From the NCBI RefSeq assembly GCF_013315695.1, contig NZ_CP054353.1: 64,000 nt of DNA; one strand, written 5' to 3'. Of the stretch, positions 49,479 through 62,325 are shown one piece after another; position 1 is the stretch's first letter, and each line of letters starts with the position of its first letter. The position numbers and the translations under genes are program-made. Source of the DNA: Escherichia coli (GTDB lineage: Bacteria > Pseudomonadota > Gammaproteobacteria > Enterobacterales > Enterobacteriaceae). The notes below the pieces were generated by a model that had not been told where the DNA came from, did no database searches, and worked only from the letters and a program-made list of their open reading frames with translations.

Positions 49479-49811
49479 ATGAGAAAAGCACTGCAAGTCG
49501 CAATGTTCAGTCTGTTTACCGTTATTGGCTTTAATGCCCAGGCTAACGAACATCATCATGAAACCATGAGCGAAGCACAACCACAGGTTATTAGCGCCAC
49601 TGGCGTGGTAAAAAGTATTGATCTGGAAAGCAAAAAAATCACCATACATCACGATCCGATTGCTGCCGTGAACTGGCCGGAGATGACCATGCGCTTTACC
49701 ATCACCCCGCAGACGAAAATGAGCGAAATTAAAACCGGCGACAAAGTGGCGTTTAATTTTGTCCAGCAGGGCAACCTTTCTTTATTACAGGATATTAACG
49801 TCAGCCAGTAA
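49479..49811 (+). CDS. cusF: periplasmic copper/silver chaperone CusF
   Basis: Internal Met of track ORF 49443-49811 (MRKALQVAMFSLFTVIGFNAQA), with GGAGAG upstream. 110 aa. Metal site residues are in ..HHDPIAAVNWPEMTMRF.. Confidence 0.9.
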   Translation: MRKALQVAMFSLFTVIGFNAQANEHHHETMSEAQPQVISATGVVKSIDLESKKITIHHDPIAAVNWPEMTMRFTITPQTKMSEIKTGDKVAFNFVQQGNLSLLQDINVSQ

Positions 49812-49826
49812 CCCAGGTTTAATGAG

Positions 49827-51050
49827 ATGAAAAAAATCGCGCTTATTATCGGCAGCATGATCGTGGGCGGTATTATTTCTGCGGTAGGTTTTACCTGGTT
49901 TGCAAAGGCTGAACCGCCCGCAGAAAAAACGCCGACCGCAGAACGTAAAATCTTATTCTGGTACGACCCGATGTATCCCAATACGCGGTTCGATAAACCA
50001 GGTAAATCGCCGTTTATGGATATGGATCTGGTGCCGAAATATGCCGATGAAGAGAGTTCTGCGTCTGGTGTACGCATTGACCCGACCCAGACGCAGAATC
50101 TGGGGGTGAAAACGGCGACCGTCACGCGCGGGCCGCTGACTTTTGCCCAGAGTTTCCCGGCGAATGTCAGTTACAACGAGTATCAGTATGCCATTGTGCA
50201 GGCTCGCGCTGCCGGGTTTATCGATAAGGTGTATCCGCTTACCGTGGGCGATAAAGTACAAAAGGGCACACCGCTTCTCGACCTGACCATTCCCGACTGG
50301 GTGGAAGCGCAGAGTGAGTATTTACTGCTGCGCGAAACCGGCGGTACGGCGACCCAGACTGAAGGCATTCTTGAGCGGCTGAGACTGGCGGGAATGCCGG
50401 AGGCGGATATTCGCCGCCTGATCGCCACGCAAAAAATACAGACTCGCTTTACGCTCAAAGCGCCCATTGATGGCGTGATCACCGCGTTTGATCTGCGCGC
50501 GGGAATGAATATCGCCAAAGATAACGTGGTCGCGAAAATTCAGGGTATGGACCCGGTGTGGGTCACTGCTGCGATCCCGGAGTCCATCGCCTGGCTGGTG
50601 AAAGATGCCTCGCAGTTTACCCTCACCGTTCCGGCGCGACCGGATAAAACACTCACCATTCGCAAATGGACCCTGCTACCCGGCGTGGATGCCGCGACCC
50701 GCACGCTGCAACTGCGTCTGGAAGTCGACAACGCCGACGAGGCGCTAAAACCGGGCATGAACGCCTGGTTGCAACTCAATACCGCCAGCGAACCGATGCT
50801 GCTCATTCCGTCACAGGCGCTGATTGATACCGGCAACGAACAGCGGGTGATTACCGTTGATGCTGACGGGCGCTTTGTACCGAAACGCGTTGCCGTTTTC
50901 CAGGCATCGCAAGGCGTCACCGCGTTACGCTCTGGTCTGGCGGAAGGTGAAAAGGTGGTTTCCAGCGGCCTGTTCCTGATTGATTCTGAAGCCAATATTT
51001 CTGGCGCACTGGAGCGGATGCGCTCTGAAAGTGCTACCCATGCGCATTGA
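49827..51050 (+). CDS. cusB: membrane-fusion (periplasmic adaptor) protein CusB
   Basis: 407 aa of the RND adaptor family, between cusF and cusA. Confidence 0.9.
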   Translation: MKKIALIIGSMIVGGIISAVGFTWFAKAEPPAEKTPTAERKILFWYDPMYPNTRFDKPGKSPFMDMDLVPKYADEESSASGVRIDPTQTQNLGVKTATVTRGPLTFAQSFPANVSYNEYQYAIVQARAAGFIDKVYPLTVGDKVQKGTPLLDLTIPDWVEAQSEYLLLRETGGTATQTEGILERLRLAGMPEADIRRLIATQKIQTRFTLKAPIDGVITAFDLRAGMNIAKDNVVAKIQGMDPVWVTAAIPESIAWLVKDASQFTLTVPARPDKTLTIRKWTLLPGVDAATRTLQLRLEVDNADEALKPGMNAWLQLNTASEPMLLIPSQALIDTGNEQRVITVDADGRFVPKRVAVFQASQGVTALRSGLAEGEKVVSSGLFLIDSEANISGALERMRSESATHAH

Positions 51051-51061
51051 GGGAATAGCCA

Positions 51062-54000
51062 ATGATTGAATGGATTATTCGTCGCTCGGTGGCGAACCGT
51101 TTTCTGGTGCTGATGGGCGCGTTGTTTCTGAGTATCTGGGGCACCTGGACCATCATTAACACGCCAGTGGATGCACTGCCGGATCTCTCTGATGTACAGG
51201 TGATTATTAAAACCAGCTATCCCGGTCAGGCACCGCAAATCGTTGAAAATCAGGTGACTTATCCGCTAACCACCACCATGTTGTCGGTGCCTGGCGCGAA
51301 GACTGTGCGCGGTTTCTCGCAGTTTGGCGACTCTTATGTGTATGTCATTTTCGAAGATGGCACCGATCCGTACTGGGCGCGCTCGCGGGTGCTGGAGTAC
51401 CTCAACCAGGTACAGGGTAAGCTGCCTGCGGGAGTCAGCGCCGAGCTGGGGCCAGATGCCACGGGTGTTGGCTGGATCTATGAATATGCACTGGTGGATC
51501 GCAGCGGTAAGCACGATCTGGCCGATTTACGCTCATTGCAGGACTGGTTTCTCAAATATGAGCTAAAAACCATCCCTGACGTTGCGGAAGTGGCGTCGGT
51601 GGGCGGTGTGGTGAAAGAGTATCAGGTGGTTATCGATCCTCAGCGCCTGGCGCAGTATGGCATCAGTCTCGCCGAAGTAAAAAGCGCGCTGGATGCTTCA
51701 AACCAGGAAGCGGGCGGTTCGTCGATCGAACTGGCGGAAGCGGAATATATGGTGCGCGCCAGCGGCTATCTGCAAACGCTCGACGACTTTAATCACATCG
51801 TTTTAAAAGCCAGTGAAAATGGCGTGCCCGTTTATCTGCGTGATGTTGCGAAGGTCCAGGTTGGCCCGGAGATGCGCCGGGGCATTGCCGAACTGAACGG
51901 CGAAGGCGAAGTGGCGGGCGGGGTGGTGATCCTGCGTTCCGGCAAAAACGCCCGTGAAGTGATCGCTGCCGTGAAGGACAAACTGGAAACGCTGAAAAGC
52001 AGTCTGCCGGAAGGCGTGGAGATAGTTACAACATACGATCGCAGCCAGCTCATTGACCGCGCCATTGACAACCTCAGTGGCAAGTTGCTGGAAGAGTTTA
52101 TTGTGGTGGCGGTAGTCTGTGCGCTGTTTCTCTGGCATGTGCGCTCGGCGCTGGTGGCGATTATTTCGTTGCCGCTGGGGTTGTGTATTGCTTTTATTGT
52201 CATGCACTTTCAGGGACTGAACGCCAATATTATGTCGTTGGGTGGCATTGCGATTGCCGTCGGGGCGATGGTCGATGCCGCTATCGTCATGATCGAGAAT
52301 GCGCATAAACGGCTGGAAGAGTGGCAGCACCAGCATCCTGACGCCACGCTGGATAATAAAACGCGCTGGCAGGTGATCACCGATGCATCTGTTGAAGTGG
52401 GGCCGGCGCTGTTTATCAGTCTGCTGATTATCACGCTGTCGTTTATCCCGATCTTCACCCTGGAAGGGCAGGAAGGTCGTCTGTTTGGCCCGCTGGCGTT
52501 CACCAAAACCTATGCGATGGCGGGCGCGGCGCTACTGGCGATCGTAGTGATCCCGATCCTGATGGGCTACTGGATCCGTGGCAAAATTCCGCCGGAAAGC
52601 AGTAACCCGCTCAATCGCTTTTTGATTCGTGTTTATCATCCGCTGTTGCTGAAAGTACTGCACTGGCCGAAAACCACGCTGTTGGTGGCAGCGCTTTCGG
52701 TGCTGACGGTTCTCTGGCCGCTCAATAAAGTTGGCGGGGAATTTTTACCGCAGATCAATGAAGGGGACTTGTTGTATATGCCATCGACGCTGCCGGGGAT
52801 TTCCGCAGCAGAGGCGGCGAGCATGCTGCAAAAAACCGACAAGCTAATTATGAGCGTACCGGAAGTGGCGCAGGTATTTGGCAAAACCGGGAAAGCGGAA
52901 ACCGCCACCGATTCTGCTCCGCTGGAGATGGTAGAAACGACTATTAAGCTTAAGCCGCAGGATCAGTGGCGGCCTGGCATGACGATGGACAAAATCATTG
53001 AGGAACTGGATAACACCGTGCGTCTGCCGGGGCTGGCGAATCTGTGGGTGCCGCCAATTCGTAACCGTATCGATATGCTCTCAACCGGCATTAAAAGCCC
53101 TATCGGCATTAAAGTTTCCGGCACTGTGCTGGCGGATATCGACACGATGGCGGAGCAAATTGAAGAAGTGGCGCGAACGGTGCCAGGCGTGGCTTCTGCG
53201 CTTGCTGAGCGTCTGGAAGGTGGGCGCTATATCAACGTTGAGATTAACCGTGAAAAAGCCGCGCGTTACGGTATGACGGTGGCGGATGTGCAGTTGTTTG
53301 TGACTTCTGCGGTGGGCGGGGCGATGGTTGGCGAAACGGTGGAAGGGATTGCTCGTTATCCAATTAATCTGCGTTATCCGCAAAGCTGGCGCGATAGCCC
53401 GCAGGCACTGCGCCAGTTGCCGATCCTCACGCCGATGAAGCAGCAAATCACCCTGGCAGACGTGGCCGACGTTAAAGTCTCTACCGGACCGTCGATGCTG
53501 AAAACCGAGAATGCGCGCCCGACGAGCTGGATTTATATCGATGCCCGCGATCGTGACATGGTGTCGGTGGTTCACGATCTGCAAAAAGCGATAGCTGAAA
53601 AAGTGCAGTTAAAACCGGGCACCAGCGTGGCATTCTCCGGGCAGTTCGAGCTACTGGAGCGCGCCAACCATAAGCTGAAACTGATGGTGCCGATGACGCT
53701 GATGATCATCTTCGTGCTGTTGTATCTGGCGTTCCGTCGGGTGGGCGAAGCGTTGCTGATTATCAGCAGCGTACCGTTTGCGCTGGTGGGCGGCATCTGG
53801 TTGCTGTGGTGGATGGGCTTTCATCTTTCCGTGGCGACGGGCACCGGTTTTATTGCCCTTGCCGGGGTTGCCGCCGAATTTGGCGTGGTGATGCTGATGT
53901 ATTTACGTCACGCCATAGAGGCCGAGCCGTCGTTGAATAATCCGCAAACATTCAGCGAGCAGAAGCTGGATGAGGCGTTGTATCACGGCGCGGTCCTGCG

Positions 54001-54205
54001 CGTGCGCCCGAAAGCGATGACGGTGGCGGTGATTATCGCTGGTCTGCTGCCGATTCTGTGGGGAACGGGAGCAGGTTCAGAGGTGATGAGCCGGATTGCC
54101 GCGCCGATGATTGGCGGCATGATCACCGCGCCTTTGCTATCGCTGTTTATTATCCCGGCGGCGTATAAGCTGATGTGGCTGCACCGACATCGGGTACGGA
54201 AATAA
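51062..54205 (+). CDS. cusA: RND heavy-metal efflux pump CusA
   Basis: 1047 aa, 12-TM RND architecture (HME family). Confidence 0.95.
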   Translation: MIEWIIRRSVANRFLVLMGALFLSIWGTWTIINTPVDALPDLSDVQVIIKTSYPGQAPQIVENQVTYPLTTTMLSVPGAKTVRGFSQFGDSYVYVIFEDGTDPYWARSRVLEYLNQVQGKLPAGVSAELGPDATGVGWIYEYALVDRSGKHDLADLRSLQDWFLKYELKTIPDVAEVASVGGVVKEYQVVIDPQRLAQYGISLAEVKSALDASNQEAGGSSIELAEAEYMVRASGYLQTLDDFNHIVLKASENGVPVYLRDVAKVQVGPEMRRGIAELNGEGEVAGGVVILRSGKNAREVIAAVKDKLETLKSSLPEGVEIVTTYDRSQLIDRAIDNLSGKLLEEFIVVAVVCALFLWHVRSALVAIISLPLGLCIAFIVMHFQGLNANIMSLGGIAIAVGAMVDAAIVMIENAHKRLEEWQHQHPDATLDNKTRWQVITDASVEVGPALFISLLIITLSFIPIFTLEGQEGRLFGPLAFTKTYAMAGAALLAIVVIPILMGYWIRGKIPPESSNPLNRFLIRVYHPLLLKVLHWPKTTLLVAALSVLTVLWPLNKVGGEFLPQINEGDLLYMPSTLPGISAAEAASMLQKTDKLIMSVPEVAQVFGKTGKAETATDSAPLEMVETTIKLKPQDQWRPGMTMDKIIEELDNTVRLPGLANLWVPPIRNRIDMLSTGIKSPIGIKVSGTVLADIDTMAEQIEEVARTVPGVASALAERLEGGRYINVEINREKAARYGMTVADVQLFVTSAVGGAMVGETVEGIARYPINLRYPQSWRDSPQALRQLPILTPMKQQITLADVADVKVSTGPSMLKTENARPTSWIYIDARDRDMVSVVHDLQKAIAEKVQLKPGTSVAFSGQFELLERANHKLKLMVPMTLMIIFVLLYLAFRRVGEALLIISSVPFALVGGIWLLWWMGFHLSVATGTGFIALAGVAAEFGVVMLMYLRHAIEAEPSLNNPQTFSEQKLDEALYHGAVLRVRPKAMTVAVIIAGLLPILWGTGAGSEVMSRIAAPMIGGMITAPLLSLFIIPAAYKLMWLHRHRVRK

Positions 54206-54306
54206 AAGCAGGATACCCGGTTTAACCGTGTGGATTGTGTCTTGCGACGATGGGCACTAAATGTTAAAAGGTGCCCCTCAACAAAAAAGACACACAGGGG
54301 AAAGGC

Positions 54307-55683
54307 GTGAAAAACGCGTCAACCGTATCGGAAGATACTGCGTCGAATCAAGAGCCGACGCTTCATCGCGGATTACATAACCGTCATATTCAACTGATTG
54401 CGCTGGGTGGCGCAATTGGTACTGGTCTGTTTCTTGGCATTGGCCCGGCGATTCAGATGGCGGGTCCGGCTGTATTGCTGGGCTACGGCGTCGCCGGGAT
54501 CATCGCTTTCCTGATTATGCGCCAGCTTGGCGAAATGGTGGTTGAGGAGCCGGTATCCGGTTCATTTGCCCACTTTGCCTATAAATACTGGGGACCGTTT
54601 GCGGGCTTCCTCTCTGGCTGGAACTACTGGGTAATGTTCGTGCTGGTGGGAATGGCAGAGCTGACCGCTGCGGGCATCTATATGCAGTACTGGTTCCCGG
54701 ATGTTCCAACGTGGATTTGGGCTGCCGCCTTCTTTATTATCATCAACGCCGTTAACCTGGTGAACGTGCGCTTATATGGCGAAACCGAGTTCTGGTTTGC
54801 GCTGATTAAAGTGCTGGCGATCATCGGTATGATCGGCTTTGGCCTGTGGCTGCTGTTTTCTGGGCACGGCGGCGAGAAAGCCAGTATCGATAACCTCTGG
54901 CGCTATGGCGGTTTCTTTGCCACCGGCTGGAATGGGCTGATTTTGTCGCTGGCGGTGATTATGTTCTCCTTCGGCGGGCTGGAGCTGATTGGGATTACTG
55001 CCGCTGAAGCGCGCGCTCCGGAAAAAAGCATCCCGAAAGCAGTGAATCAGGTGGTGTATCGCATCCTGCTGTTTTATATCGGTTCACTGGTGGTTTTACT
55101 GGCACTCTATCCGTGGGTGGAAGTGAAATCCAACAGTAGCCCGTTTGTGATGATTTTCCATAATCTCGACAGCAACGTGGTAGCTTCTGCGCTGAACTTC
55201 GTCATTCTGGTAGCATCATTATCGGTGTATAACAGCGGGGTTTACTCTAACAGCCGCATGCTGTTTGGCCTTTCTGTGCAGGGTAATGCGCCGAAGTTTT
55301 TGACTCGCGTCAGCCGTCGCGGTGTGCCGATTAACTCGCTGATGCTTTCCGGAGCGATCACTTCGCTGGTGGTGTTAATCAACTATCTGCTGCCGCAAAA
55401 AGCGTTTGGTCTGCTGATGGCGCTGGTGGTAGCAACGCTGCTGTTGAACTGGATTATGATCTGCCTGGCGCATCTTCGTTTTCGTGCTGCGATGCGACGT
55501 CAGGGACGTGAAACACAGTTTAAGGCGCTGCTTTATCCGTTCGGCAACTATCTCTGCATTGCCTTCCTCGGCATGATTTTGCTGCTGATGTGCACGATGG
55601 ATGATATGCGCTTGTCAGCGATTCTGCTGCCGGTGTGGATTGTATTCCTGTTTGTAGCATTTAAAACGCTGCGTCGGAAATAA
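54307..55683 (+). CDS. pheP: phenylalanine-specific APC-family permease PheP (GTG start)
   Basis: GTG at 54307 in track ORF 54271-55683 gives (V)KNASTVSEDTASNQEPTLHRGL..., 458 aa as in K-12. Confidence 0.9.
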   Translation: MKNASTVSEDTASNQEPTLHRGLHNRHIQLIALGGAIGTGLFLGIGPAIQMAGPAVLLGYGVAGIIAFLIMRQLGEMVVEEPVSGSFAHFAYKYWGPFAGFLSGWNYWVMFVLVGMAELTAAGIYMQYWFPDVPTWIWAAAFFIIINAVNLVNVRLYGETEFWFALIKVLAIIGMIGFGLWLLFSGHGGEKASIDNLWRYGGFFATGWNGLILSLAVIMFSFGGLELIGITAAEARAPEKSIPKAVNQVVYRILLFYIGSLVVLLALYPWVEVKSNSSPFVMIFHNLDSNVVASALNFVILVASLSVYNSGVYSNSRMLFGLSVQGNAPKFLTRVSRRGVPINSLMLSGAITSLVVLINYLLPQKAFGLLMALVVATLLLNWIMICLAHLRFRAAMRRQGRETQFKALLYPFGNYLCIAFLGMILLLMCTMDDMRLSAILLPVWIVFLFVAFKTLRRK

Positions 55684-55714
55684 GGCATTCACGCTACATC
55701 CGACAAAACGATGT

Positions 55715-55748
55715 CCGCTCTCATCCATTCGATGAGAGCGGTTTTTTT
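55715..55748. terminator. bidirectional rho-independent terminator between pheP and ybdG
   Basis: CCGCTCTCATC-CATTC-GATGAGAGCGG followed by T7 on the plus strand, with AAAA upstream serving the minus strand. Confidence 0.65.
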
Positions 55749-55750
55749 AA

Positions 55751-57046
<1,296 letters not shown>

Positions 57047-57105
57047 TTATGCAAATCAGGAGAATCTGAGGGGAAATAGCCGGGCAGATGCCCGGCAAGA
57101 GAGAA

Positions 57106-57759
57106 TTACACTTCGGTTAAGGTGATGTTTTGCGGCAGACGAGATTTCGGCAGCGTAGCGTTAAAATCTTCAACGCTGTGATGTCCCACCGGAACAACCA
57201 CCAGACTGGTGTAGCCTTTCTCTTTCAGACCAAATTCTGCATCGAGGATTGCGGCGTCAAAACCTTCGATGGGTACCGCGTCCAGACCCAGCGCTGCAAC
57301 GCCGAGCAGGAAGTTACCGACGTTGAGATAAACCTGTTTTGCCATCCACTCTGCATCATCATGCAAATCTTTACGGTGCATATCGGCGAAGAACTTGCGA
57401 CCTTTATCGTTCGCGGCTTTCGCTTCCGGCGTGGCAAAGCGGCCATCGGCATCTTCCTGGTCAACAACCAGCTTCAGCCAGGCATCGTCCATCGCGGTTT
57501 TTGCACAGAACACCACAACGTGCGAGGCATCGAGCATTTTACGCTCGTTGAACACGTAATTACCGGCAGCGGATTTGGCAACACGCGCTTTACCTTCTTC
57601 CGTGCTGGCAACAATAAAATGCCACGGCTGGGAGTTGGTGCTGGATGGGCTGTATTGCAGTAGCGTTTTGATCTGCTCGGCCTGTTCCGGGGTAAGTTTT
57701 TTGCTGGCATCAAATGCCTTAGTGGAATGACGCTTTAAGGCGACAGAAATGATATCCAT
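57106..57759 (-). CDS. nfsB: oxygen-insensitive NAD(P)H nitroreductase NfsB
   Basis: Internal Met of track ORF 57106-57810: [26 protein letters not shown]..., 217 aa. Confidence 0.95.
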   Translation of the reverse strand: MDIISVALKRHSTKAFDASKKLTPEQAEQIKTLLQYSPSSTNSQPWHFIVASTEEGKARVAKSAAGNYVFNERKMLDASHVVVFCAKTAMDDAWLKLVVDQEDADGRFATPEAKAANDKGRKFFADMHRKDLHDDAEWMAKQVYLNVGNFLLGVAALGLDAVPIEGFDAAILDAEFGLKEKGYTSLVVVPVGHHSVEDFNATLPKSRLPQNITLTEV

Positions 57760-57852
57760 AAAGACTCCATGTGAAAGTAATTTTGCGTGCCAGCAGATTA
57801 CAAGGTTCAACGAGAAATGGTAAGCGAGAAAAATGCGCTATAGATTTCCGCT

Positions 57853-58221
57853 TTAGCCTGGACGCACTCTTTTTTGATCGCGTTTAGCCAGACCATCAAC
57901 CACCAGATTCCACGAATCGTTGATCAGATCGCTAAGTAACGCTTCGGAGATTTCCTCGCCGGGATACACTGAAATCCAGTGCTTTTTATTCATGTGATAT
58001 CCTGGCTTGATGCTTGGGTATATTTGCTGATTTAGCAGGGATTTTTGTGGATCGGACTTCAGATTGATAAAGGGGACGCCGCGCAGCTCCGACGACAGCA
58101 TAAAAATCTTGCCGCCAATTTTAAAAACATCGAACTCCGGGCCAAAAGGCCAGCAAAGCTCGACAAAGGGTAACTCAAGAGCCAGGCGTTTCGCCGTTTC
58201 GTGCAGTGATTGCTTATCCAT
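57853..58221 (-). CDS. ybdF: YbdF (MmcQ/YjbR-like, DUF419-type small protein)
   Basis: Internal Met of track ORF 57853-58341: [27 protein letters not shown]..., 122 aa. Confidence 0.85.
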   Translation of the reverse strand: MDKQSLHETAKRLALELPFVELCWPFGPEFDVFKIGGKIFMLSSELRGVPFINLKSDPQKSLLNQQIYPSIKPGYHMNKKHWISVYPGEEISEALLSDLINDSWNLVVDGLAKRDQKRVRPG

Positions 58222-58285
58222 AAACGTTCCTTTAGGCGAAGGAGAATAAGCAAAGTATGCTGCGAAGTTCGGCGATAATCGACGT

Positions 58286-58534
58286 TTAATCCGCCAGCGA
58301 GAACCAGCGTCGCCAGATAAAGCGTAGAACAAAATACTCAATAGCGCCCAGCACTAAAAACCACAGACAAAACAATAAAGTGTAAAGCTGGCTAAGATCC
58401 ATCAGATGGAACGTGGTCACCAGTTTTTGTGCCAGCGTCAGCCCCAATGCGGGGGCGGGAAGCAGCAGGCAAGAGAGGAAAGCCATCAGCAAAATGCCTG
58501 CTGCGGTGGTCAAGGTTTCTAAAGGGTGTTTCAT
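58286..58534 (-). CDS. ybdJ: small inner-membrane protein YbdJ
   Basis: 82 aa with two hydrophobic segments. Synteny with ybdF and ybdK. Confidence 0.8.
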   Translation of the reverse strand: MKHPLETLTTAAGILLMAFLSCLLLPAPALGLTLAQKLVTTFHLMDLSQLYTLLFCLWFLVLGAIEYFVLRFIWRRWFSLAD

Positions 58535-58599
58535 AACATTGTTAAATGTAAGTTAAAACACCATTGTCAGGGATATTCTTCTGTAAGGCAATTCCCGGC

Positions 58600-59727
<1,128 letters not shown>

Positions 59728-60004
59728 TTATGTTGGCGTTTTCTATTCAGTATAGAAGTGGGAGCGACTGGGCGAGATGCGGAAGTTCTGGAATATTTCT
59801 TTTTTTTGGATGGTGACTGAAGCAAATTGGCTACATTTTGCAATGTGACCAGTTGCGTCATAGCTGGCTGGTGGCGAAGAATTTTGACGATTGCGGCATG
59901 CAGAAAAAAACGGGTTCAGCTTCAGTTGATCAAATGGGGAGTGAGAAGTCCGAAACAGGATTTACTGTATAAATAAGGGTCTTCCCCGATCATGGTGGGA
60001 AGAC

Positions 60005-61225
60005 TCAGTACGCCATATTCAGTTTCCCATAGTGGAACATAACTCCCAGTTTAAAGCGTTCCCGGTTTCGGTATCCCCTGGCCTTTATCCTCAGCAGTCT
60101 GATCTTGCTGTTCAGCGCCTCCGCATTTCCATTCGAGACGCGATGACGCATTGCATTCAGTATTCCGTATAACCGTTTTTTAATGGTTTTCGCTGCGTTT
60201 TTCATCATCGGCACATCACATTCAGACGCCAGCGATATCCACTGCAACCAGTCATTCCTGCGTTCTGTGCTCCAGGGGCGATCCCAGATATTTTTTGCCA
60301 GCTCTTTCAGTGTCCAGCACTGGCTTGTCTGTTGCATCTGTTCCCGCAACCACATCAGCTTTTCCTGCCGGGACTCAGTCATCCATTTGTCGCTGTACTG
60401 CCACAGGAAGCGGGTACCTTTGGCCTGACGACGACTTTCAACAGGGAGGTGCGGATGTTCATTCTGGCGGGTTTTATCAACCACTTCGCCCAGTTGCTTC
60501 GCCACATGGAAGCGATCGAAGGCGATTTTCTCGACCGCATTGGGTAAATGGATACGCGCTGCTCTTATATAGCCCGCATTCATGTCCATCGACAGTGTTT
60601 TGATGGCCAACAACTGACTGTCAGTAAGCGAACGGAGATAGCTGGCAAGACTCTCTGTGCCACGATCATCGGTTAATGCCAGTGCCCGCCCGTCGCGATC
60701 AGATACCACGGTTATATACCTATGCCCTTTTTTAAAGGCGACTTCGTCTACATTCATATGACGCACTGATAAAGGCTTTTTAATCCGCGACAGGCCTCGC
60801 TTAACCGCGCGGGTCATGATGCCGTCAACGGCATTCCAGCTAAGTTTAAGTTGTTTTCTGACCGCATCAACGGTGCTGATTTTAAGCCATGAGAGCACGA
60901 ACGATTCGAACAGCAGAGTGTACCGACTGCCGGAACCTGCCCACGGTACAGGCAGAGTCTGGCAGCCATGCTCCGGGCACATAACGCGGGGAACATCGGC
61001 TTCTACTAATGTCATGAACTGGCAGGTATCAAGGTGGCGCCATTTACGATGTCGGTGATCGTGAACAGAACAGGATTTCCTGCAGGTCGGACAGGTTAAC
61101 TGAGTATTTTCAGCAATTCCGACTGTAACAGTAACGGAACCTGCATTTTCATCGAGGGTAAGGGATTTAACCTGCCATGGTGCAGTCAGGTTAAGGATAT
61201 GGGCATAGAGGGATTTTTCGTCCAT
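60005..61225 (-). CDS. ISL3-family DDE transposase
   Basis: 406 aa. N-terminal zinc-finger (CPTCRKSCSVHDHRHRKWRH...CPEHGC) followed by a DDE_Tnp_ISL3-like body. Confidence 0.9.
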   Translation of the reverse strand: MDEKSLYAHILNLTAPWQVKSLTLDENAGSVTVTVGIAENTQLTCPTCRKSCSVHDHRHRKWRHLDTCQFMTLVEADVPRVMCPEHGCQTLPVPWAGSGSRYTLLFESFVLSWLKISTVDAVRKQLKLSWNAVDGIMTRAVKRGLSRIKKPLSVRHMNVDEVAFKKGHRYITVVSDRDGRALALTDDRGTESLASYLRSLTDSQLLAIKTLSMDMNAGYIRAARIHLPNAVEKIAFDRFHVAKQLGEVVDKTRQNEHPHLPVESRRQAKGTRFLWQYSDKWMTESRQEKLMWLREQMQQTSQCWTLKELAKNIWDRPWSTERRNDWLQWISLASECDVPMMKNAAKTIKKRLYGILNAMRHRVSNGNAEALNSKIRLLRIKARGYRNRERFKLGVMFHYGKLNMAY

Positions 61226-61243
61226 ATAATTTCATTCTGAAGC

Positions 61244-61762
61244 TTACTTTAAACTGATATTATTATTTTTTGCCCACTTTCTTAATCTTCCATTAGCGTT
61301 GGCGTAAGGCGAAGATGTGTTAAATGAGATCATTCTCCCCATCGTCCATTTTGTGTACCATGGTCTTCCATACAAAATATCATCGGTACGATCATTAATA
61401 AGGTTCACAATCTCATTTTTTACAGTCTGAAGTTCAGCTACTAACAACTCATAACTTAACTCACTGTAATCTGAGTAAAATTTTTGAGCAAGAAGGCCAA
61501 GCTGATTCCATTTATAGCCAGTTTCCGGAAAATCGACAGGCAGACCTTTAGCATCAGAAGCGATCCACTTTACAACAAGAGCATTCCATCCAAGCAGATA
61601 CGAAACGAGATCACGAACACTCATCTCCGTTCCTTTGGCGTGTCCGTCCATTGATTTATCTGAAGTAATTTCTGGTGGGATTGTGTTGAGGTAACTAATT
61701 AATTTACTAAAATTTTTATCAATAGCTAAAAGCAGTTCAGCTTTTGTTTGCGGCACACTCAT
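61244..61762 (-). CDS. ClbS/DfsB-family (DUF1706) four-helix-bundle protein, IS passenger
   Basis: 172 aa. Conserved blocks shared with my memory of colibactin self-resistance protein ClbS: GHAKGT..SV..LVSYL.GW, FPE.G.KWN.LG.LAQKFY.DY, LYG.PWY.KWT.GRMI.FNT.SPY.NA.GRL.K. It lies 18 nt upstream of the transposase, inside the IRs. Confidence 0.7.
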   Translation of the reverse strand: MSVPQTKAELLLAIDKNFSKLISYLNTIPPEITSDKSMDGHAKGTEMSVRDLVSYLLGWNALVVKWIASDAKGLPVDFPETGYKWNQLGLLAQKFYSDYSELSYELLVAELQTVKNEIVNLINDRTDDILYGRPWYTKWTMGRMISFNTSSPYANANGRLRKWAKNNNISLK

Positions 61763-62051
61763 AAGAATTCCCTCTCATGTAAAAAGAGACACCATAAAGG
61801 TACTGTGTGGTGTTTGAAAATCACTCAATTATGTACCACCCACCACAACAGGGGAAGACCCATAAATAAACAGTTATTTTGTTGAGGAAGGGTAAGATAA
61901 CTGCGGGTGCCTGAAGCTTTCCGGTTTCAGGTTTACTTTGAGGTCTGGAAAGATGAAGCCCCAGGAGATATTTCTATCAACCCTGGGGCTGCCACTCCAA
62001 ACCCGAACAATTTGGATGGTAGTCCCTTCTTCGCATGGAGGCAATATAAAC

Positions 62052-62204
62052 ATGCTGACGAAATATGCCCTTGTGGCAGTCATAGTGCTGTGTTTAACGG
62101 TGCTGGGATTTACGCTTCTGGTCGGAGACTCGCTGTGTGAGTTTACGGTGAAGGAACGTAATATTGAGTTTAAGGCTGTTCTCGCTTACGAACCGAAGAA
62201 GTAG
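62052..62204 (+). CDS. hokE: Hok-family type I toxin HokE (in-frame upstream Mok-like extension from ATG 61953)
   Basis: [50 protein letters not shown] (50 aa), the internal start of track ORF 61938-62204. Confidence 0.85.
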   Translation: MLTKYALVAVIVLCLTVLGFTLLVGDSLCEFTVKERNIEFKAVLAYEPKK

Positions 62205-62325
62205 CCGCTGTGCGGGGAGTAATCCCCGCATATCCGGTTGTCAGGTCAGGATGGTAAGGCACCTGCTTTACACTTTCGCCCGCGGTCAGCAATGGCTGCG
62301 GGCGAATCGTACCAGATGTTGTCAA

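Larger units (their letters stand above)
59977..61861 (-). mobile_element. ISL3-family insertion sequence (1885 bp) carrying a passenger gene
   Basis: Imperfect 23-bp terminal inverted repeats GGGTCTTCCCCGATCATGGTGGG (59977-59999) and CCCACCACAACAGGGGAAGACCC (61839-61861), matching at 19 of 23 positions. A perfect 8-bp direct repeat ATAAATAA flanks both ends (59969-59976 and 61862-61869). Confidence 0.85.

Noticed and set aside
50540-51238. 232-aa minus-strand ORF across the cusB-cusA junction, and several 100-180-aa ORFs antisense to cusA, cusS and nfrA
   Set aside because: All are nested antisense in well-conserved, syntenic chromosomal genes, and none has a recognisable domain.
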